Origin: Candidatus Levybacteria bacterium RIFCSPHIGHO2_02_FULL_40_18
Lineage (GTDB): Bacteria; Patescibacteriota; Microgenomatia; Levybacterales; GWA1-39-11
Direction: 5' to 3'
Assembly: GCA_001782235.1 (NCBI GenBank)
Contig: MFOC01000004.1
Coordinates: 32,945-96,944 of the forward strand
Length of the DNA: 64,000 nt
Shown: piece by piece, positions 1 through 9,599 of the stretch
How positions within the stretch are numbered: position 1 is the stretch's first letter
Layout: the number at the start of each line of letters is the position of its first letter
Notes under the pieces: model-generated
What the model saw: only the letters and a program-made list of their open reading frames with translations
Told to the model about the DNA's origin: nothing
Database searches by the model: none
Made by a program: the position numbers and the translations under genes

Positions 1-664
1 CGAAGGCTGAGGCTATTTTGTCGAGAATTTCAAATGCCGCTTCTTCGGTTTCCTTTGATACGCTCGCGCCCTCCTGATAAGTATATGCGATTAGCACATA
101 CGTATTTTGATTGATTTTAAACTCCCTAAAAGTAAAAGGAGCAAAGTTTTTTAACTTTTCAGAGCCGTATTCGGCGCTATTAAACTTAAGTATCGAGATT
201 AAAACTGGCTTTTCGCCTTGAACAATTGTTTTTGAAAAAGACGGCGAAACACCGTTTGTTACTGAAGATTCATCGGCAATACTCCAATCGGGAGGATATT
301 TAAGAGAGAATCCTTCGGCAGAATTAATGTACGTTTTCCAAGTTGTGGGGCCGGTGGCCACCGGCCCGGAGGGCCCCTGGCCCGTAGGGCAGGGAGTAAA
401 TTCACAGTTCGGTCCTGTGCGACCAACTGACGAACCATCAGGGCAGATTTTTGCCTCTTGAGTACATGCTTTCTGTTTGCTCGGATTGTTCAAAAATAAA
501 TACACTGCCGATGCGGTTCCGACTATAGCAAGAAGTATAAGCATTGCGGCGACTATTGGCAGTTTAAGTTTCGAGTTAGTTTGTTGAGGAGGGGTTTCTG
601 TTGTTTGTTCGACTGGCGAACTTTGAAATGGATCTTGATTCGGATTTTGCTTATCTTCTTCCAT
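1..664 (-). CDS. Hypothetical membrane-anchored, Cys-rich secreted protein (N-terminal part; ORF runs off the window edge)
   Basis: My manual reverse-strand translation from an ATG at 664 reads through to position 1 with no stop. It has one TM helix, then a Cys-rich region (CTQEAKICPDGSSVGRTGPNCEFTPCP) and a G/P-rich segment encoded by a GC-rich repeat. It is absent from the ORF track because it has no in-window stop. Confidence 0.4.
   Translation of the reverse strand, partial: MEEDKQNPNQDPFQSSPVEQTTETPPQQTNSKLKLPIVAAMLILLAIVGTASAVYLFLNNPSKQKACTQEAKICPDGSSVGRTGPNCEFTPCPTGQGPSGPVATGPTTWKTYINSAEGFSLKYPPDWSIADESSVTNGVSPSFSKTIVQGEKPVLISILKFNSAEYGSEKLKNFAPFTFREFKINQNTYVLIAYTYQEGASVSKETEEAAFEILDKIASAF
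345..395. repeat. GC-rich palindromic short repeat inside the minus-strand ORF 1..664
   Basis: gtggggccggtggccaccggcccggagggcccctggcccgtagggcaggg. It is in frame and encodes PTGQGPSGPVATGP on the minus strand. Confidence 0.5.
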
Positions 665-769
665 TCATCAAGTATTGCATAGGATAATCAGAGTTTCAAT
701 GGCATTCAAATTCAGCTAACATAATGTCTTGGTTCTAGCACAATAAAACCCCGTTTCAAACCTGTCTTA

Positions 770-1195
770 TTGAAATATGAATTTTGTTGTGATAAGAATA
801 AGGATATGTCAGAAGTAAACCCAGAGACTTCAATTCGGCCGGCAAAAATCCCTACAGAATTGCTTCATATCTCCAAGCGTAATCCCAACCGCGCGATATT
901 AATAGCACAACAAAGAACAGGAAGAGATGTTGCTGCCGCAGTCTCTGATGGGATCAGGTCGGCTGTTGATGTGGAACAAGAGCTTTTCAAAAAAGCGCAA
1001 GATTTCCAAACAAACCCGGCAGCAGAAGAGATGGCGGAAGTGCTATTTGCAAATTATGCTGACAAGCTTGCCATAGGTAGCGTACAAAGGGAAGGGTTAA
1101 CCGGTGTCAGCGGGCCTGAGATTAACAGACGAGCAAACAACATATACACCTATCTTCAAAGAGAGTTTCGCAGAAGGCGTTTACAGAAAGTTTAA
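770..1195 (+). CDS. Hypothetical protein
   Basis: 141-aa ORF. I recognise no motif. The start may be further in (MSEVNPE). Confidence 0.3.
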   Translation: MKYEFCCDKNKDMSEVNPETSIRPAKIPTELLHISKRNPNRAILIAQQRTGRDVAAAVSDGIRSAVDVEQELFKKAQDFQTNPAAEEMAEVLFANYADKLAIGSVQREGLTGVSGPEINRRANNIYTYLQREFRRRRLQKV

Positions 1196-1215
1196 ATCCT
1201 GTATTATTAATCTTA

Positions 1216-2310
1216 ATGTCCGAAAACGATTTTTGTCTTGCTTTTTCTCTGGCGCCTGGGGTGGGACCAAAAAGATTTCAGAATCTCCTAGAGATATTTG
1301 GATGGGCTGAAAAAGCATGGAATGGTTCGGAAGACAAATTTAAAGCTGCGGGAATTGGTAAGGTTAATTTTTCAAAATTCCAAGCATTTCGAAAGACATT
1401 CGATCTCGCCGGATACCGAAAGAAGCTCCGCAAAGCAAAAGTTGAGTTTATCCCGTTTGGTGATCGATATTATCCTAAACGACTTGCAAACATCGATAGT
1501 CCGCCAATTGGTCTTTTTATCAAGGGAAATAAAAAATTACTGGGTGAACCAAACGCTATTGCAGTTGTCGGTGCCCGAAAAATCACTTCATATGGCAGAC
1601 AAGTGACGGAAGATTTAGTTAGCGAACTTTGTTCGGCAGGGTTTATGGTAGTTTCGGGGATGGCGCTTGGCGTTGATGGAGATGCGCATAAATCGGCGAT
1701 CGATGCTCGAGGACCGACAATTGCAGTGCTTGGTTGCGGTGTGGACTGCCCATATCCCCGAGAGAACGAAAAACTGTATGAGGAAATTCTGGATTCGGGT
1801 GGCTTAGCAATTTCAGAGTATCCGCTCGGTATGCCGGCGAATGCGGGAACATTTCCGGCACGGAATCGGCTCATCGCCGCTCTTTCGATGGCGGTTTTAA
1901 TAACAGAAGCAGCAGAGGATTCTGGTTCGCTTATCACTGCACAATGCGCTGTCGATCAGGGTAAAAAGGTATTTGCTGTTCCGGGCCCTATTACTTCGCA
2001 AATGTCGAAAGGCACTCTGAAATTATTAAAACAGGGAGCAAATTTGGTAAGCTCGGCGGAAGACATCCTAAAGGAACTGGAAGTCAAAATTCAAAAGGCA
2101 AAAGGCAAAATTGAAAGTCAAAAGTTTAAAAGTTTAAATAAGGAAGAAAGAAAGATATTCGAATGCTTGGAGAATGAGGGGAAGACGGTTGATGAAATTT
2201 CGCGCGAAGCAAAAATCTCTATTGCAAAGCTCTCAACTATTTTATCAGGAATGGAACTAAAAGGAATTATTGCAAATTCGAACGGAAAATTTTCGATGAA
2301 TTTTATATAA
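1216..2310 (+). CDS. dprA: DNA processing protein DprA (Smf)
   Basis: Rossmann-like DprA core (AVVGARKITSYG ... VVSGMALGVDGDAHK ... AVLGCGVD) plus a C-terminal winged-helix tail. The length is typical. Confidence 0.85.
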   Translation: MSENDFCLAFSLAPGVGPKRFQNLLEIFGWAEKAWNGSEDKFKAAGIGKVNFSKFQAFRKTFDLAGYRKKLRKAKVEFIPFGDRYYPKRLANIDSPPIGLFIKGNKKLLGEPNAIAVVGARKITSYGRQVTEDLVSELCSAGFMVVSGMALGVDGDAHKSAIDARGPTIAVLGCGVDCPYPRENEKLYEEILDSGGLAISEYPLGMPANAGTFPARNRLIAALSMAVLITEAAEDSGSLITAQCAVDQGKKVFAVPGPITSQMSKGTLKLLKQGANLVSSAEDILKELEVKIQKAKGKIESQKFKSLNKEERKIFECLENEGKTVDEISREAKISIAKLSTILSGMELKGIIANSNGKFSMNFI

Positions 2311-2318
2311 TAAAACCC

Positions 2319-2717
2319 ATGTCAGGCGCGAATGAGACATTTTTTACGGTTGTAGGATGCATGGATGGGAGAGTCCAGAAAGCAATTTCAGAATTCGGCC
2401 GAACAAAATTCGGAGCAGAGTATCCTGACACAATTACCGAAGCAGGAATAGCCGGTATAATTGCAAATAACCCCGATCCTAAATTCGTTGAAAATTTAAA
2501 AACAAAACTTCTGGTTTCAATTGAAAAACACCACTCGAAAGGAATTGTTGTCGATGGTCACCAGGAATGCGCCGGAAATCCAGTAGATGATGAGCGCCAC
2601 AAAGAAGATATAAGAAGGTCTATTGAATTTATTCGCAATCTTATCGAAAACAAAATCCCAATCATTGGAGTCTTCGTTGTTAGGAATGACGAATCCTGGC
2701 AAGCCGAGGAAGTTTAG
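2319..2717 (+). CDS. Beta-carbonic-anhydrase-like protein
   Basis: CMDGR and GHQECAG motifs resemble the Cys-x-Asp-x-Arg and His-x-x-Cys zinc ligand motifs of beta-class carbonic anhydrases. The protein is only 132 aa, so the assignment is tentative. Confidence 0.4.
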   Translation: MSGANETFFTVVGCMDGRVQKAISEFGRTKFGAEYPDTITEAGIAGIIANNPDPKFVENLKTKLLVSIEKHHSKGIVVDGHQECAGNPVDDERHKEDIRRSIEFIRNLIENKIPIIGVFVVRNDESWQAEEV

Positions 2718-2851
2718 ATATTGATTTGTCCTCAAACTTCTGCTAAACTACGTTTTATCCTAAGACAGCAAGTGGTGAGTGAAATCGAACCATAAATCTT
2801 GCCGAGGGCCAGTCAGTTTATAAAGTTACAGGTTTGTAAAGTTATAAAGTT

Positions 2852-2873
2852 GCGTCCTCGAGGGCGCTTTTTT
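2852..2873 (+). terminator. Rho-independent terminator-like hairpin + T tract downstream of the dprA/CA-like operon
   Basis: GC-rich palindrome gcgtcctcgagggcgc followed by tttttt. Confidence 0.5.
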
Positions 2874-2938
2874 ATTGCTCCAAATCTTCTTAGGAAAAAA
2901 TATTTTATATTTAATATTTAATTTTTTATATTACTACT

Positions 2939-3460
2939 ATGCCTAGTCAGAGAAACATACAATTACTAGAAGAACTAAAACAAAAGGTTGATAAGGCAGC
3001 CGCTCTGTTTTTTGTTGACTATTCGGGATTAACCCACAGACAGCTTGAAGAGGTAAGACGCGAGCTAAAAGATAATGATTCAGAAATCGGAATTATTAAA
3101 AATACTCTTATGAACCTTGCATTACAAGAAAAGAAAATAGATGCAAAAGACCGTCTTCAGGGTCCATTCGCGACCCTATTTTCCTACGAAGATCCTATTA
3201 AAACCGTTAGGGTTTTGGCGGCTTTTATAAAGAAGTATGGCCTTCCAAAAATCAAATTCGGCTGGTTTGAAAATTCGATAATAGACGAAACCATGATAAC
3301 AAAGCTTGCTACATTGCCATCTCGAGAAATTCTTGTCGCAAAACTCTTGGGGACTTTAAATGCGCCAATCTCAGGTCTCGTTTATACACTAAGTGGAAAT
3401 ATCCAGAAGCTGGCAATGGTGCTAAAGGCAGTCGAAAGTAAGAAGCAGCCAGCTTCGTAA
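2939..3460 (+). CDS. rplJ: 50S ribosomal protein L10
   Basis: Typical L10 N-terminus (NIQLLEELKQKV ... ALFFVDYSGLT). It lies immediately upstream of rplL. Confidence 0.9.
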   Translation: MPSQRNIQLLEELKQKVDKAAALFFVDYSGLTHRQLEEVRRELKDNDSEIGIIKNTLMNLALQEKKIDAKDRLQGPFATLFSYEDPIKTVRVLAAFIKKYGLPKIKFGWFENSIIDETMITKLATLPSREILVAKLLGTLNAPISGLVYTLSGNIQKLAMVLKAVESKKQPAS

Positions 3461-3462
3461 CC

Positions 3463-3590
3463 TAGAAAATAGTTCTTGGAAAATGGAAAATAGTAATGGA
3501 AAGTGGAAACTAGAAAATAGATAAATTAAAACTAATTTCCAATCTCTAATTTCCATACCATTTTCTAATTTCTAATAACCAATTTCTATT
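3463..3590 (+). repeat. MITE-like AT-rich hairpin repeat, copy A (rplJ-rplL spacer)
   Basis: The left arm ctagaaaatagttcttggaaaatggaaaatagtaatggaaagtgg pairs with the right arm ...ctaatttccataccattttctaatttctaataaccaatttctatt. It is homologous to copies at 20628, 34531, 35818 and 40661. Confidence 0.6.
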
Positions 3591-3610
3591 GAACGGGGGT
3601 GAATTAATTT

Positions 3611-4009
3611 ATGGCAAAAGCAACAAAAGATGATTTGTTAAAACAAATTGAAGAAATGTCAGTTCTGGAGGTATCCGAATTAGTCAAGGCGCTTGAGGAG
3701 AAATTCGGCGTGACTGCAGCCGCCCCCGTAGGGGCGAGCCCTGCACAGACTGGTGCTGGGGTAGCACCTGAGGCTGGAGAGCCGGCAGAAGAACAAACCG
3801 TATTTAATGTTTGGATTCAGGCAGCAGGAGATAACAAGCTTTCAGTCATTAAGACTCTCAGGGAATTAGTTCCAACTTTGGGCCTTAAAGAAGCAAAAGA
3901 TTTAGTTGACACCGCTCCAAAAGAGGTAATGACCGCCGTCAACAAGAAAACCGCTGATGAAGCCAAGGAAAAGTTAACAGCAGCAGGCGCAACAGTCGAA
4001 CTCAAATAG
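3611..4009 (+). CDS. rplL: 50S ribosomal protein L7/L12
   Basis: Conserved N-terminal dimerisation helix, an Ala/Pro/Glu-rich hinge and a C-terminal domain ([12 protein letters not shown] ... ATVELK). Confidence 0.92.
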   Translation: MAKATKDDLLKQIEEMSVLEVSELVKALEEKFGVTAAAPVGASPAQTGAGVAPEAGEPAEEQTVFNVWIQAAGDNKLSVIKTLRELVPTLGLKEAKDLVDTAPKEVMTAVNKKTADEAKEKLTAAGATVELK

Positions 4010-4103
4010 TTTCCAGTTTCGAGTCTCCAATTTCCAATTAGTCAACGAGTTGATCAATTGGCAACTGGAAATTGAGCTGTAATCTCGCTATAATACCTAA
4101 ACT

Positions 4104-4394
4104 ATGGCTTTTAAATGTGATAATTGCGGAAGAGGAATTAGGTGGGGGCACCGCGTGTCTCATTCAAAGAGAAGAACTGGTCGTGCCTTCAGACCAAATA
4201 TTCAGAAGAAAACAATCATGATTGACGGCAGATTAATTCATGCCAAACTCTGCACAAACTGCCTCAAAACCCTCAGAAAAGTCAAGAAAGCTCGCTTCGC
4301 GTCGACGAACGACGGCGGGTCGAAGCGGGTGAAAGCTTCGAAAGAATCTCCCGTCCTTCAGGATAGCCGTTTACAAAATCCGACAGCTTCATAA
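4104..4394 (+). CDS. rpmB: 50S ribosomal protein L28 (with C-terminal extension)
   Basis: N-terminus CDNCGRGIRWGHRVSHSKRRTGRAFRPNIQKK matches the L28 family. The 3' ~110 nt overlap the convergent fmt gene. Confidence 0.75.
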   Translation: MAFKCDNCGRGIRWGHRVSHSKRRTGRAFRPNIQKKTIMIDGRLIHAKLCTNCLKTLRKVKKARFASTNDGGSKRVKASKESPVLQDSRLQNPTAS

Positions 4395-5160
4395 CGTTTT
4401 TCCCCTCAACCTGAATTTGGTCGTTTGGCAGCAATTTCGCTATCCGTTTGATGCCGTTTAGTTTTGCCTTGAACCAGACCGCGGGCCATGGATAATATGC
4501 CCGGATCATGCGGTCTAGCTGTTGGCTTTTGGCTGTTGGCTTTTGGCTAATGTCGATAAAACCAGATTCGCGAGTTAGCCTTTTGGTAAACGTCGCTTTC
4601 GAATGATCCTGCTCAATAGGTTTTAATTCTCCCGAAATATACCTCGGCAGAACTTCCGAAAGTAAATCGGCGCCTTTTTCAAACAGCCTTCGATACAAAG
4701 TTTCCGAAGTATCATTGGGTTCGATTTTTTCTTCGACCTTTGCCAACATCGGTCCATGGTCAACTTCTTCATCTAACTTTATGATCGAAACGCCGGTTTT
4801 TGATTCGCCAGCCAAAATTGCGGACTGAACAGGCGTCGGGCCTCGGTATTTAGGGAGAAAAGAAGGGTGGATATTAAGAATTCCAAATTCAAATAAGTTT
4901 AAAATTTCTTTCGGAACAATAAGCCCAAAGAACGCAAGAACCCCAATTTTTGCCCCAATTTTCTTTAGGTCGGTGATAATTCTCCGATCAAATTTGTTGA
5001 TCGAAAAACAGGGAGTGTTGCTCTTATTACAGTATAAAATTAAAGGGGAATTTGGGTCTTTTTCAGTGGTAAAAACTATTAAATCAAATCTGTAACGTAA
5101 AACCTCGACAATCCGTGAAAAGTACGGTCCTGCCCCAAAAAAAACAATTTTTTCTTTCAT
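4282..5160 (-). CDS. fmt: Methionyl-tRNA formyltransferase
   Basis: Formyltransferase N-domain (KIVFFGAGPYF ... NIHPSFLPKYRGPTPVQSAILAGESKTGVSIIKL) plus a C-terminal domain. Confidence 0.85.
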   Translation of the reverse strand: MKEKIVFFGAGPYFSRIVEVLRYRFDLIVFTTEKDPNSPLILYCNKSNTPCFSINKFDRRIITDLKKIGAKIGVLAFFGLIVPKEILNLFEFGILNIHPSFLPKYRGPTPVQSAILAGESKTGVSIIKLDEEVDHGPMLAKVEEKIEPNDTSETLYRRLFEKGADLLSEVLPRYISGELKPIEQDHSKATFTKRLTRESGFIDISQKPTAKSQQLDRMIRAYYPWPAVWFKAKLNGIKRIAKLLPNDQIQVEGKNVMKLSDFVNGYPEGREILSKLSPASTRRRSSTRSELS

Positions 5161-5260
5161 AATGATATTATACAGGAGAAATTAAACGCGGGCGGAGTTT
5201 TTCAGCAATACATCCTATAGGGTTTGAAATGATCCGGCGTTTGAGGTAGAATATTGTTGT

Positions 5261-6412
5261 ATGACAAGTCGAGTGGAAGGACAAAGACCAACCGTACGGG
5301 AAGGCCAAATTGTGGCCAAAGCAAAGGACATAAGGGGAGAGATGCGGACTGCCCCCGTTCTAATAATTGCCGAAAATCCCGCCATGCACGAGGCTGTTAA
5401 GCCACATCCGGAGCTGGTCGAGGGTGAGGGAAGACTGAAAGTGGGTCCTTTATACGGGACAGTTTGGGTAACGACGTACCACCAGCCAAGTGAACGCAGA
5501 CTTCAAACAATGACAGGTAAGGACATCATTGGTCGCATAGGGGAAGGAGAGCCCAAAACCGTTAGAGCGCTGAGATGGAACCATTGTCAGGATATAGAAA
5601 CGGCTTTTCGTTTTATGGGTCATGTTGGTGAAGTGTACGACAGAAGAGATGGAAAAGAAGTGCAAAAAACAAAAAGGGCAATTGGCGCGATGAAGCGCAT
5701 TATCCGTGATTTTCGAAGTGAAGAGACCATGACGCAGGAGAGACTTGATAGCTTGCGCGAAGCAACCGTTAGCGATCTTGCCCAAGCGGGCTTTTACAAT
5801 GCAAGAAAAGAGGTAAAGAAACAAATTGCATCTCAAGGTACACTTGCTTCAGGCCGTGACAGCGAAGGCAGGATTAATGACTTAGTTTCAAGATCTAGAG
5901 CGGCCTCAGCATGGCTGAAGGCAATACACGAGCTTATGTTTGCAGGGCAAGTCCGTGAGAAATTTCCATATCTTCGGGACCTGGTTTTGCTTGAACGTGC
6001 CAGAGAGCGTCTTGATCTTGAGTTTGCTGTAAGAATAATAGACAATGTTTTAAGGCTTGGTAACAACAACCGAGACATTTCCAGGACCTTGTCCTCAGTC
6101 GCACATTTTAGCAGAAGAAACCTTACATCAAACAGGCCGAAGGCAAACCCCTATAAAGGGCCTGCAGTTATTGCTCACGTTAGCCTTTTTGGTTCAAGGC
6201 ACGAGGGCACGGTGAGAATACTCGAAGCATATCTGGGAGAGGAGCGCGCACGACAAATGTTGTCAGTGCCATCAATTATTGCCGTTTACCGTGACACAAC
6301 AAGAAGTGCGATGGGCAGGTGGGAGGAAATAAGCGAGAGGTTGAGTGCGGCAAGAAGCGAACTGGCCCTGGCGCTTGAAGTGGGCGATGACGGCCTTGTG
6401 GAGGCTGCCTAA
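5261..6412 (+). CDS. Hypothetical Arg-rich protein encoded by a GC-rich (~53%) ORF
   Basis: 383-aa uninterrupted ORF with composition clearly different from its ~38% GC neighbours. I recognise no conserved motif. It sits between fmt and def on the opposite strand. Confidence 0.4.
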   Translation: MTSRVEGQRPTVREGQIVAKAKDIRGEMRTAPVLIIAENPAMHEAVKPHPELVEGEGRLKVGPLYGTVWVTTYHQPSERRLQTMTGKDIIGRIGEGEPKTVRALRWNHCQDIETAFRFMGHVGEVYDRRDGKEVQKTKRAIGAMKRIIRDFRSEETMTQERLDSLREATVSDLAQAGFYNARKEVKKQIASQGTLASGRDSEGRINDLVSRSRAASAWLKAIHELMFAGQVREKFPYLRDLVLLERARERLDLEFAVRIIDNVLRLGNNNRDISRTLSSVAHFSRRNLTSNRPKANPYKGPAVIAHVSLFGSRHEGTVRILEAYLGEERARQMLSVPSIIAVYRDTTRSAMGRWEEISERLSAARSELALALEVGDDGLVEAA

Positions 6413-6415
6413 ATC

Positions 6416-7030
6416 TTATACTTCGATCTCTTCAAATTCATCTTCTCCTGCGGCGTTTTTGTAGGAGCGGTAGAGTTGCTCTTTTTGTTCAAGAACATGT
6501 TTTGTAAAGAGGATTCCATTGAGGTGGTCAAGCTCATGCTGGATTATTGTTGAATCAAACCCACTAAAGTTTTGGATGTTTTCCTTACCCGCAACATCCT
6601 GATATCGTAACTTGATCTCCTTTTTTCTTGCAACATTTCCCCAAATATTTGGTACAGAAAGGCAGCCTTCAAGAAGCCTTTTTTTTGATTTTGCAGGCTT
6701 TTTAGCCTCAATTTTCTTGGAATTGGTAAATGACGGTACTTTTTTCTCGCCCGATGACGTGATAATTTCAGGATTTATGAAAGTAAGTATTTTGCCGTTC
6801 TCCTGCGGTCTTGCAATAAACATTCGTTTGAAGATCCCAACTTGTGGTGCGGCAAGGCCAACGCCAACTGGATCACGCGTTGCCGAAAGAGTTTTTTTCA
6901 TCTTAGAAATTTCTTTCGCAAGTTTTCTATCGAAGAGAGTCACCGGCGATGATTTTTCAAGAAGCTTTGAGTTTGGAGTAACCAAAATTTTAAACATGGG
7001 TAAATTATAACAGAATACAATTCGGTTCAA
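6416..7030 (-). CDS. def: Peptide deformylase (with Lys-rich insertion)
   Basis: All three Def motifs are present: GVGLAAPQVG, EGCLSVP and HELDHLNG. The start is probably the internal Met (MFKILV). A ~25-aa Lys-rich insert precedes the EGCLS motif. Confidence 0.85.
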   Translation of the reverse strand: MNRIVFCYNLPMFKILVTPNSKLLEKSSPVTLFDRKLAKEISKMKKTLSATRDPVGVGLAAPQVGIFKRMFIARPQENGKILTFINPEIITSSGEKKVPSFTNSKKIEAKKPAKSKKRLLEGCLSVPNIWGNVARKKEIKLRYQDVAGKENIQNFSGFDSTIIQHELDHLNGILFTKHVLEQKEQLYRSYKNAAGEDEFEEIEV

Positions 7031-7141
7031 TAATTTTCATGCAAATTTCATGCGAATCTAAATACTGTTAATGTATGCGAATAATTATTAGTATAAATTC
7101 GTACTAATTAAATTCGAATGTATTCGTATAAGAAGTAATAC

Positions 7142-9520
7142 CTATAGGTTTTTCAGGAGCTCTTTGGAAGGTTCGTGGTTTGGGTCAATATTCTTAAGTA
7201 TATATTCAAGTGATTCACGGGCCTTTTTGTTATATTCAAAAGATCGTGAAGGATCGCTCTTCGCTAAGCTTGAGTAGAAAAGCCCCATAGCATAGTACGC
7301 ATCAAGATAATTAGGTTTAATTTTTAATGCTTCATTAAAATATCGAACGGCGGAATCTATATCTTGCTTTTGGTTATAAAAGAGCGCCAGATTATAAACA
7401 AGCTTTGCATCAGTCGGCGCAAGTTTTCGAGCCTGATTTACGGTATCGATTGCAAGATCCAGGTATTTTGGATCTGCTTGTGCTAACGCGTAAAAAACGC
7501 GCGCCCGGGTCTTAAGAAATATGACGTTCTTGGGATGTCTTCCTGTTATTGCATCGCTTAAACGTTCTGCCTCTTCTCTAAACTCTGCCGCCTGTGTTGA
7601 TTGTTTTTGATCCGAGAGTAGGAGAGAAAGAGTTGCCATATTAATTGAAAGTTCATCCTTGTATAAATCTTCTCCCGGAAGCATTTTTGATGCATCTGTT
7701 AAATAAGTGTATGCCTGTACATACTCGCCTGCTTTGTTCAGGTTATAACCTAATGCATATTTCCTGTCTGCAAGAAAAAAATTTAAGAGATAAAATTCAA
7801 GATATAACGCAACTAAAGCGATAACTACTATGAATGAAGCTCGACTTGGGCTTATCTTTCCAACCTCCTCTTTTGCCAAAGAGATTGTTCGAAGACGCGA
7901 CAGAGTTTTATCTTGAGAAAGATCAAAATAAAGAATCGGAAACGTAAACAAAAACAAATTCAAAATTACAACCGAGAAGCCAAAAAAATTAGAGACGGCT
8001 ATAGCAAGATATGCTCCTATTATTCCTATTAATATTGGATGATAGGAGTTTTTAGATTTTAGTGATTGCCTCAGGGCGTAATAGAGAAAAAGAACGATTA
8101 TTAATAAATAGGAGGCAAGTCCCGCGGCGCCGGTAGTTGCAAGATAATTTAGATATTCGTTGTGCGCCTTATTATAGAGGTAATCCCATTCAGAAGTTAG
8201 GTTATGGGCTAGCGGCTTAACATTGTAATAAGCATACGCATAAGTTTCAACACCTGTTCCAAACAAGGGATTTCTCTTGAACAATTCAATTGCGCCTCTC
8301 CAGACAATAAGGCGAATTTTGCTTGATTCTGTGCCGCCAAGTTGAATGTTATTTGCTCCTTCTAGGCCCTCGCTTGTCGCTTTTCGAATTTCGCTTGTCG
8401 CGGGTGATTTGTTCGTTAAGTTTTGTAAACCAGAAAGTGTTAGGTATTTATTGAGAGATTCGATTGGAGTTCCAATCAGGAAAGTGACGATTGCAAAAAT
8501 TAAGACAGAAACTATTATATATCTTCCTAAATCGTTCCTAAGGATTTTTCGCTTAAGTTCATTTAGGTTTTTGAATAATAAGATACCAAAGAAGAATAGA
8601 AGTCCGATTCCGAGACCTACAAAACTCGATTGGGAAGCTGTCCACAAGAGCCCAACGTAAAAGAGAATAGACAATAGTAAATAGATAATAGGGAATAGGT
8701 TGTTTCGGCCCTCGCGAAGTTTGTAAAACCCGAATCCTAATCCGATTGGGATCAGCGCCGCAAGATAGGTGCCAAGCCAGTTTGGCTGACCAAGAGTTGA
8801 GAAAATTCGAACAGTCGGCTGGAAAGCCTCTGTCCAACAGGAAACATTAAAGCTCCCACGAAAAACAAAGCATGTTGGATCGTAGCCAAAGTGAGAGGGG
8901 AGGCCCCACAACGTAACGACGAGCCCAGACAGTAAGGAAATAGTTAATAGTGAATAGGAGATAGGTTGTCGTTGATCGGTTAGGAAGCCCGTTTCGTTGT
9001 TCGGTGATGCTGAACGTAATTCTTTACCGATACGGGCATTGTTACCGTTTACCGATTGACGACCTGTGAGGTTGGTGGCAAATGCGTAGTACAAAAATAT
9101 GTAAGCGATAATCGAGAGGAGGCCGCCATTGAATCTTGAATAATAACCCCAGAGAGAAACGTGAGAGTCTATGGACAGAATTGTAGAAATAATTTGCGAG
9201 ACTAAAAAGAGAGCGATTGGAATATCAAGGGGAGTTCGCCTAATTTCGACCTTTCCCAAAAGAATGCTTTTTGCCGACCATAAAAAGAAGATAAAAATAG
9301 TAAATCCAAAAACCAACCACATTTTATTAAATTCAAAGAGTTCATATGTGTCGGGCCACATCGCGAGGGGAGTGATAAAGAAGAGAAGGTAAAAGGAATA
9401 TTTAATGGCAGAATTAATTCGATCAATCCAATCCGAAACCATGAATAAATTTGATCCCGATTGAATCGGGATTTCGCTCACCCCGCCAAAGCGAGGTTCG
9501 CTCAAGTTTAGCATAATCAA
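7142..9520 (-). CDS. Polytopic membrane protein with O-antigen-ligase-like (Wzy_C) domain and C-terminal TPR repeats
   Basis: About ten predicted TM helices in the N-terminal two-thirds. The C-terminal third has TPR-like repeats (AYTYLTDASKMLPGE ... AVRYFNEALKIKPNYLDAYYAMG). Confidence 0.65.
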   Translation of the reverse strand: MIMLNLSEPRFGGVSEIPIQSGSNLFMVSDWIDRINSAIKYSFYLLFFITPLAMWPDTYELFEFNKMWLVFGFTIFIFFLWSAKSILLGKVEIRRTPLDIPIALFLVSQIISTILSIDSHVSLWGYYSRFNGGLLSIIAYIFLYYAFATNLTGRQSVNGNNARIGKELRSASPNNETGFLTDQRQPISYSLLTISLLSGLVVTLWGLPSHFGYDPTCFVFRGSFNVSCWTEAFQPTVRIFSTLGQPNWLGTYLAALIPIGLGFGFYKLREGRNNLFPIIYLLLSILFYVGLLWTASQSSFVGLGIGLLFFFGILLFKNLNELKRKILRNDLGRYIIVSVLIFAIVTFLIGTPIESLNKYLTLSGLQNLTNKSPATSEIRKATSEGLEGANNIQLGGTESSKIRLIVWRGAIELFKRNPLFGTGVETYAYAYYNVKPLAHNLTSEWDYLYNKAHNEYLNYLATTGAAGLASYLLIIVLFLYYALRQSLKSKNSYHPILIGIIGAYLAIAVSNFFGFSVVILNLFLFTFPILYFDLSQDKTLSRLRTISLAKEEVGKISPSRASFIVVIALVALYLEFYLLNFFLADRKYALGYNLNKAGEYVQAYTYLTDASKMLPGEDLYKDELSINMATLSLLLSDQKQSTQAAEFREEAERLSDAITGRHPKNVIFLKTRARVFYALAQADPKYLDLAIDTVNQARKLAPTDAKLVYNLALFYNQKQDIDSAVRYFNEALKIKPNYLDAYYAMGLFYSSLAKSDPSRSFEYNKKARESLEYILKNIDPNHEPSKELLKNL

Positions 9521-9599
9521 AAATTTCGAACAAGGGCAAAAATGATCTACTTTGCACTATTGACAGGCAAACAAAAAGGGATGTTATACTAATTCCCCT

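Noticed and set aside
2770-2815. Possible minus-strand tRNA 3' half upstream of rplJ (gaaatcgaacc resembles a reversed T-arm)
   Set aside because: I could not build a cloverleaf. T-stem pairing and the acceptor stem fail. It is more likely part of the rplJ leader.
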